Source: Bugula neritina (taxonomy: Eukaryota; Animalia; Bryozoa). Taken from it: a stretch of DNA of 16,796 bases. Position 1 is the stretch's first letter; the number at the start of each line of letters is the position of its first letter. The stretch is taken from assembly GCA_964035545.1 (NCBI GenBank), contig CAXIUT010000186.1, forward strand, positions 1 through 16,796, read 5' to 3'. Positions 10,901-16,796 of this stretch are shown here, in pieces. Below the pieces are notes generated by a model, which saw only the letters and a program-made list of their open reading frames with translations, ran no database searches and was not told the origin of the DNA. The position numbers and the translations under genes were made by a program.

Positions 10901-12811
10901 CAACCACCTCAACCACCTCCTCTTCCATGTCAAGTACCTCAACAACCATGCCATCTACCGAACCAACCTTGCTATCAACCTCCTCAACCTCCTCAACCTC
11001 CTCAACCTCCTCAACCTCCTCAACCACCACTTCCACCTTATCCTTGCAAGAATGGCTTCAGCTATATTAATGGAACATGTGTCCCTTGTATAACTAACTG
11101 TTCAATCTGCCTTGACACTACAACTTGTAGCTAGTGCTTCTCAGGATTAATTTTATAAAACAACACTTGTATCATAAAGTGTGGAATTAGAACCTATCCA
11201 GTAACTCTACCCAATTTAACAATCATATGCAGTCCTTGCTATTTCCCCTGCCAATCCTGCATCAACGATCCATACTACTGCCTCACCTGCTAGCACAACT
11301 ACTCCCTCTACACCAACTCCAACACCACTCAAATCTGTCTACTATCCTGTCCAGATGCAACCATCAAACTCAATGGAACATGCCACCCATGCCTTCAAAA
11401 CTGTCTTAAATGCTAATCAACATAAATCTGCCTCACCTGCAACTCTTCTATGTATCTCTATCAAGGTAACTGCATAGATAACTGTTCTGGTGCTATCAAA
11501 AATACTACTTCTGGAATGTTGTGCTACGACTAGTGCCCTGAAGGCGATTTTGTCAATAATAACGGTGTTTGCTAGAGTTGCGACTGTCAATGCAGTTCTT
11601 GCAATAGAATATCAAGCAATTGCACCAGTTGCAAAGTGGGCATTCTAGTTGACTATGGTGTCTGCATCGATGCATGTGCTATAAATCAGTATATAGTAGG
11701 AGGCATATGCCACAATTGTTCACATCCTTGTTTGAAATGTTTTAAAAAGAATGACTACTGCCTGGCTTGTCCTCCCGGTTTGGTCGCGTAAAAAGGAGAA
11801 TGCATAAAACACTGTCCAATGGCTTCATATTTTAGCAAATCATAGATGTAGTGCTTGAACTGTAAGAGAGGCTGTGCTTCTTGTTTGTCTTTAAGAAAAT
11901 GCCTGACCTGTCAAAATAGCACATATACTCCTCACTATGGAGTATGTCCGATTTGTTAACTAGACTGCGAAATATGCAGCCACGATAACCGCTGCCTCAA
12001 ATGCACCTCTCCCCTACTCCTGTTCAACGGCGCATGCATCAACACCTGTCCTAGCCACACATAGCCAAACAACGGAACCTGTCTCTGCCTAATGAACCTG
12101 CTACAACATGATCGATGCCGACCTGCTTGCTATCCCACCTACTACAACCACAGCGGAATATGTCTCTTATGCGATCCTCAATGCAGAACTTGTCAAAACT
12201 AGCCTTCCAACTGCACAGGTTGCTACTACGGATATCGCTTAGTTGGCAACAAATGCATAAATAAAAATAAATGCGCGTATGGGCAGTATTCTAGGAGAGG
12301 CAGATGCCGATCGATTTGCCGAAAGGGTACCTATTTTTATGAATATATGTGTCTATACGGCAGATGTCCTCCAGGATATAAAGCCAATCGCTTTAGAGGA
12401 TGTTAGAAGGTATGGTTCTATACTTGTCCCTCCAATAAGTTATACTATAAAGGCAAATGTCTCTCTAAATGTCCCTCAGGTCTATTTGCTAACTACAAAG
12501 TCCAAAGATGTCGATCCTGTCCACCCAATTGCAAAACATGTATCAATGCTAAATAGTGCTATCTTTGCAAAAAGAATTATGTTAATATTGATGGCAAATG
12601 CTATTTGAAGAGATGCTAAGCTTAGTATTTAGCATTAGGTAACAAATGCGTTAAAAGTTGTCCTGTTGGTACAAAATAGAAAAAAGGAGTTTGTTTATAA
12701 TTATGTAAACAGAATAAATATTACTTCAACTAACTTTGCTACTAGAAATGTCCATCAGGAAAACATACAACCTATGCCTGTCTTTAAACAAATAAATGCC
12801 AACAACCATGA
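7991..12811 (+). CDS. ~1600-aa secreted protein: signal peptide, H-type-lectin-like/beta-rich N-terminus, long furin-like CxxC repeat array with a (PPQ)n insert, no C-terminal anchor
   Basis: One frame from ATG 7991 (MKNKITISTLLLFTILSTTASA) to TGA 12809-12811 once a 21-nt intron (8199-8219) is removed. Dozens of CxxC...CxxC repeats from ~9670. Ends ...NKCQQP with no hydrophobic tail. Confidence 0.88.
8199..8219 (+). other. 21-nt (3n) spliceosomal intron containing an in-frame TGA
   Basis: gtacttgatctcatattttag; TGA at 8204-8206 is the only in-frame stop I found in the 4.8-kb frame. Confidence 0.85.
10895..11044 (+). repeat. Pro/Gln-rich coding repeat; (CAACCTCCT)x5 at 10976-11020 encodes (QPP)n
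   Basis: In the gene frame: PPQPPQPPPLPCQVPQQPCHLPNQPCYQPPQPPQPPQPPQPPQPPLPPYP. Confidence 0.9.
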
Positions 12812-12872
12812 TATCATATAAATATCATATAATCAAATAATATCATATAAAATATATAATCATTACAACAAA

Positions 12873-12946
12873 GGGGTTGGGGTTGGGGTTGGGGTTGGGG
12901 TTGGGGTTGGGGTTGGGGGTTGGGGTTGGGGTTGGGGTTGGGGTTG
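12873..12946 (+). repeat. Internal telomeric tract (GGGGTT)~12
   Basis: Tetrahymena-type G4T2 repeat (one unit has G5), G-rich on the + strand, 61 nt after the stop of the Cys-rich gene. Confidence 0.97.
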
Positions 12947-14316
12947 AGAGTTATAAAATTTATCAACTATCTCGACCAAAACATATTCTCTTACATATTT
13001 TTATGTGGTCCAAAAAAAATATATCTGACTCCATCCTTTGAACGTGCCTTTAAATCAATGAACAAAGTTAGAAAGGGAGACTACTATTTGGCCTGTTTAA
13101 AAATAGTAGACAAAATAAATAAAAATAATTAGTAGTCATTAAAAAACCATCTAAAATATCAGCATATTATAAAATATAAAAATAGTGGAAAAGTACCATA
13201 TTAAGTTTTAGTTACAAACAAGCACTAATTGATATTGAGGATATCAATACAAAAATAAAGCTATAAAACTATATATTCAGAAAATCTAGATCCAATAAAG
13301 TCAACGCTGTTGTCCTAGAATCAACTAGAGCCGATTGCCAACCGACCACCTTACGACTAACATAAAATCAGTAATAAGGAACTATAAGGCGTTATCAGGT
13401 AGTTGGCTTTTGGTGGTTATTGATAAAACTACAAAAGTTAAAAGGAATATCGAATAACCCTTTGTAAAGGTATTGTTTATCAATGTAATTAAATGGTCCA
13501 ATCAAAAGAACATCAATCATCAAATTTTAAGAAGCAATCGCTCCTTAAATATAGACACTATTCATTCAAAAATAAAAGGATTAATATCATTAACTAGTAA
13601 AATAGGAAATAGTTGATAACATCGATAATTTGGATTAATATCATTAAAAATAAAAAGGATGTTACATTCACAACTATTAGCATAAAATAAAAAGGATAAT
13701 AAACTACAATAAAGAATAAATAAACACAAAAGAACTAATATAGACTTTGGACAATCAAACCAGTAACACAAAACTATGGAAAAAATCATTAATATCAATA
13801 TCTATGATAGGTTGTCTCTCAAAATAACAACTCAAATTTTATCATTAAATCAATAACTACAGCAACACATAGAAATAGATTACGTGTATTTTAGACATAA
13901 ATTTATAAGAAACAATAGTACATACTTTATAGACAAATCAGTTAAAATATAATAGTTCGACAGTCCTGATTGCTTCAATAACCGAGGCAGAATCGAATAC
14001 TGCTTATGGAAAGTCAATAAATATAAAATATGGTAGAGTTGACAGTATAAATATCTATCTAGCACTTGAAGGCCATGATGTCTATGAGATTATGAGAGAG
14101 CAGATGGGGGTAGCTGTAAAATATTATAAAGGTTAAAGGTGTTGTAAAGAATAGGAGATAAATAATAAGAATATATCGTTTTGTTCTGTTAGTGATTAGA
14201 AAAGCATTAGCAACAAGCCTAGTCAGTAATATTATTCAATCGTAAATAGCTAGTCAGATATGTTCTAGTAATTTATGACCATCAGCAACACATAATACAA
14301 CTTTAGCTAAAACTGA
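12947..14316 (+). CDS. Hypothetical protein, apparently 5'-truncated at the telomeric tract
   Basis: A TGA-free frame begins right at the telomere junction (RVIKFINYLDQNIFSY...). After about 2 frameshifts a long frame runs from ~13610 to TGA 14314-14316. No recognisable domain. Confidence 0.5.
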
Positions 14317-14334
14317 TATCATAACTTAATATAT

Positions 14335-14374
14335 GCAATTAATATATCATAAAGGCAATTAATATATCATAAAG
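14335..14374. repeat. 20-bp perfect tandem duplication (GCAATTAATATATCATAAAG x2) just upstream of the LRR start codon
   Basis: 14335-14354 and 14355-14374 are identical. Confidence 0.9.
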
Positions 14375-14378
14375 ATAG

Positions 14379-15536
14379 ATGTAGTAGTAGCCGAATTGGT
14401 AGAAAATACGTATGCAAGCATTTGGCAGTAAACACAGACAATAGATTTCAAATCCACTCAAAAACAAACTACACAGCTATCGATTCAGTTATTTATTTAT
14501 TCAATCAGGCAACAAAAACATAAAAACATAAATTGTCAACCACTACTCACAGAAAATCAATAAAGTATAAAACTAGTGCAACTACTAACATCTCACCTAC
14601 CTATGGCTCAGTAACAATAAAGTAAATAAAGATGACAACATGATTGGAAATGAAGGATGCCAATACCTATCAATAGTATAGTGGAAAAATCCACTTTGCT
14701 GGGTCTAAGTAAATAGTATAATAAACAATATACATAGTATAATAACCAATAAGATAACAATTGTATTGGAGATTAGGGATGTGAGTATTTGGCTAAAATT
14801 GATTGGAAACATCTATAAAAATTATTTTTAGGTATTATTACAGATATTATAGCTAAAAATAATATAAGATGGAAAGGATGCAGCGCATCAGCCAAATAGA
14901 AATGGTTAACTTGAAAGCTTTGTTTTTATGTATTTATAGTTATCAAAAAGGGAAAAAATAAAATAGCAATCTTGGATGTCTATCACTAGTTGACAACCAA
15001 TGGAACAATTTATAAAGATTGCATTAGGTATTTTTTATTATATTAATAGGCGATAATCTAATAGGACATTAAGGATGCAAATGGATCTCACAAATCTAAT
15101 GCAAACAACTCGTCTACCTGAACCTACGTATTATTATGAGGTATAATAGAATAGAATAAATTTGGAGAAAAGGATGTAAGCATCTAGTTAAAAGTCAATG
15201 GACTACATTAAAATAACTAATTCTAAGTATATTTATATCTATATTAGAAGATACCGGTATTAGAGACAAAGGATGTAAGTATTTAAAGAATATCAATAGA
15301 AACATATAAAAACATTATAACTGCGTAACTAACTATATAAAATAGAATAGAATCAAAATAAAAGAAAAAGGATGTGAGTATTTATCAAAATGGAACTATA
15401 GTTATAATTTTTAATTAAATATGTGTATAAATGTATTTATCTAGTTGACAACTACCTCAATAAGATTGGCTATCAATGGATCAAATAAAGTGCTGGTGAG
15501 GTTATCTGCAAATTGAAATTTCAATCCTAATCATGA
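14379..15536 (+). CDS. Leucine-rich repeat protein (26-aa RI-like repeats), ~10 tiny introns, one repeat per exon; many 1-nt indels (sequencing error or pseudogene)
   Basis: Repeats follow xxNxIGxEGCxYLxxxxWxxLxxLxL, e.g. NNCIGDEGCEYLAKIDWKHLEKLFL and DNLIGHEGCKWISQIECKQLVYLNL. GT-AG introns at 14488-14508, 14611-14631, 14709-14753, 14832-14852, 14930-14950, 15028-15049, 15128-15149, 15227-15247, 15325-15345 and 15425-15444. Stop is TGA 15534-15536. Confidence 0.85.
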
Positions 15537-15645
15537 TTGTAAACTTTTGTTTGTTTGATTTATATTAATTATTATTGATGAATAAATGATATAAATATAT
15601 ATATTTGTAGTTTATCATTGATATATATCAATATCATTTAAATTA

Positions 15646-16020
15646 ATGAATCCACTATATAACCTAACAACACCTCAATCTAAAACAAAAACAATAATAA
15701 GAGAAATAGTAAAAAGTGGTTGTCCTAAAGTTGAAATAAAAACCAAAGCCTCGAGTCAGTTGGTCCTCATAAACAGTTGATAACTAGGGCATGAATAAAA
15801 AAAAATCAAATCGTAAATATATACCTTATCTTAGTCTGCTGCATCTATCATCGTCCAGGATGACTAAAGTAGTGATACATGTACAGTGACGATGAAGGAG
15901 AAACGCTTTATAGAGAGACAGAACTACAAAAAATAACATAAAAAAGTTTGTTCTAAGTATAAAAAAAAAAGATAAGAAGAAAAAATAATCAAAGAAGAGT
16001 CGTAAAAAAAATAAAAATGA
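15646..16020 (+). CDS. Small Lys-rich hypothetical protein (possible 22-nt intron 15813-15834)
   Basis: ATG 15646 follows an AT-rich spacer, there is a GT..AG 22-mer, and the 3' frame ends KEESEKKEK-TGA. Needs frameshift correction. Confidence 0.35.
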
Positions 16021-16085
16021 TTATTATGTTAAATAATGATATATTTGATATGTTGATTATAGTATTTTTAAATATTTTCTATAGA

Positions 16086-16647
16086 ATGCTAAACAATCAA
16101 GAAAATCATCTCACTTCCAGACATTCTCCCCATCCTATGAAAACATCTCCAACAGAATGACCCGTCTGCGCCACAACTCCCAAAACCACAACCAGCACTC
16201 CTCTCCACCGAGACCTCTCAACACCCAAACCACTCCAACCGCAGCACTCAGTATCAAGATACAAGACAAGAGTCAGTCCATCATGCATCAACTTAACAGA
16301 TCATATCCTAACCTAAGGGAAATTTACAGGAAGAGTAACAAAAAATGTAGGTTTAAAGAAATACAACCAAAGACAAATCAAGTAGGTAATGAATCATAAA
16401 TAAAACAACAAGGGAAGAAATGATTAAAGCTACTATGTTAAATAAAATCTAAGGTATCAACGTAAGGTAGCATGGTCAAGGAGTTCAATCAAAGAGTAAA
16501 AATCGATGAGGTAAAGATAAATGGTACTATAAAGATAGATCCAATAAAAATATAAGCAAAAGGTAGGATGGTAATCATTGGGATAGTGTACTGGTACCAG
16601 GTAAAATGTACAAAAGATAGTATTTGATTGAAGTTATGAAAAATTGA
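16086..16647 (+). CDS. Hypothetical subtelomeric protein
   Basis: Higher-GC segment between AT-rich spacers, including supplied ORF 16157-16399. Needs 2 frameshift corrections and has one unexplained TGA (~16507) before TGA 16645-16647. Confidence 0.4.
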
Positions 16648-16730
16648 TCTTTCCTTTGATATATCACTATACATATAATCATAAATAACTAAAAACAATC
16701 AAAAAACAATGAACTATTCATTCCGCATCC

Positions 16731-16796
16731 GGGTTGGGTTGGGGTTGGGTTGGGGTTGGGGTTGGGGTTGGGGTTGGGGTTGGGGTTGGGGTTGGG
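16731..16796 (+). repeat. Terminal telomere (GGGGTT)n with a few GGGTT units
   Basis: G4T2 repeats run to the end of the window, consistent with a macronuclear chromosome end. Confidence 0.97.

Noticed and set aside
12811-12872. ATATCATATAA x3 and ATATAATCAT as a chromosome breakage or telomere addition signal
   Set aside because: ATATAATCAT lies about 9 nt from one telomere and about 48 nt from the other. With low complexity and only two ends it cannot be supported, and I saw no Tetrahymena Cbs 15-mer.
3409-16698. Supplied six-frame ORFs as genes (e.g. 3901-4347, 8416-8742, 10882-11070, 12279-12608, 12920-13132)
   Set aside because: They were computed with TAA/TAG as stops. Most are off-frame or antisense shadows of the real genes. 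Only 3409-3597, 12920-13132 and 16157-16399 partly share a plausible true frame, and the GLGLGL start of 12920 is translated telomere.

Overview
AT-rich, very gene-dense eukaryotic DNA from a ciliate macronuclear genome. The supplied standard-code ORF track is mostly misleading. TAA and TAG are sense codons here and fall at conserved Glu positions (Rab GQ[TAA]KF, PI-PLC CV[TAG]ID, cNMP-binding FG[TAG]L, LRR GD[TAG]GC), while conserved Gln positions use CAA/CAG. This fits the peritrich nuclear code (UAR=Glu, UGA the only stop). Read that way, the window holds about 12 genes: a 5'-truncated phosphoinositide phospholipase C, a divergent Rab, 40S ribosomal protein eS12, a cNMP-binding protein, a CFAP97/Hemingway-like protein, a ~1600-aa secreted lectin-like/Cys-rich protein, an LRR gene built from ~78-nt one-repeat exons separated by ~21-nt phase-1 introns, and several hypotheticals. 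Introns are mostly 20-22 nt and several intergenic gaps are only 19-62 nt. There are two (GGGGTT)n telomeric tracts in the same orientation: one internal (12873-12946) and one at the window end. Single-base frameshifts in 1-7400 and 12947-16650 look like long-read indel errors, so several gene boundaries are approximate. All translations and counts were done by hand, and no database searches were run.
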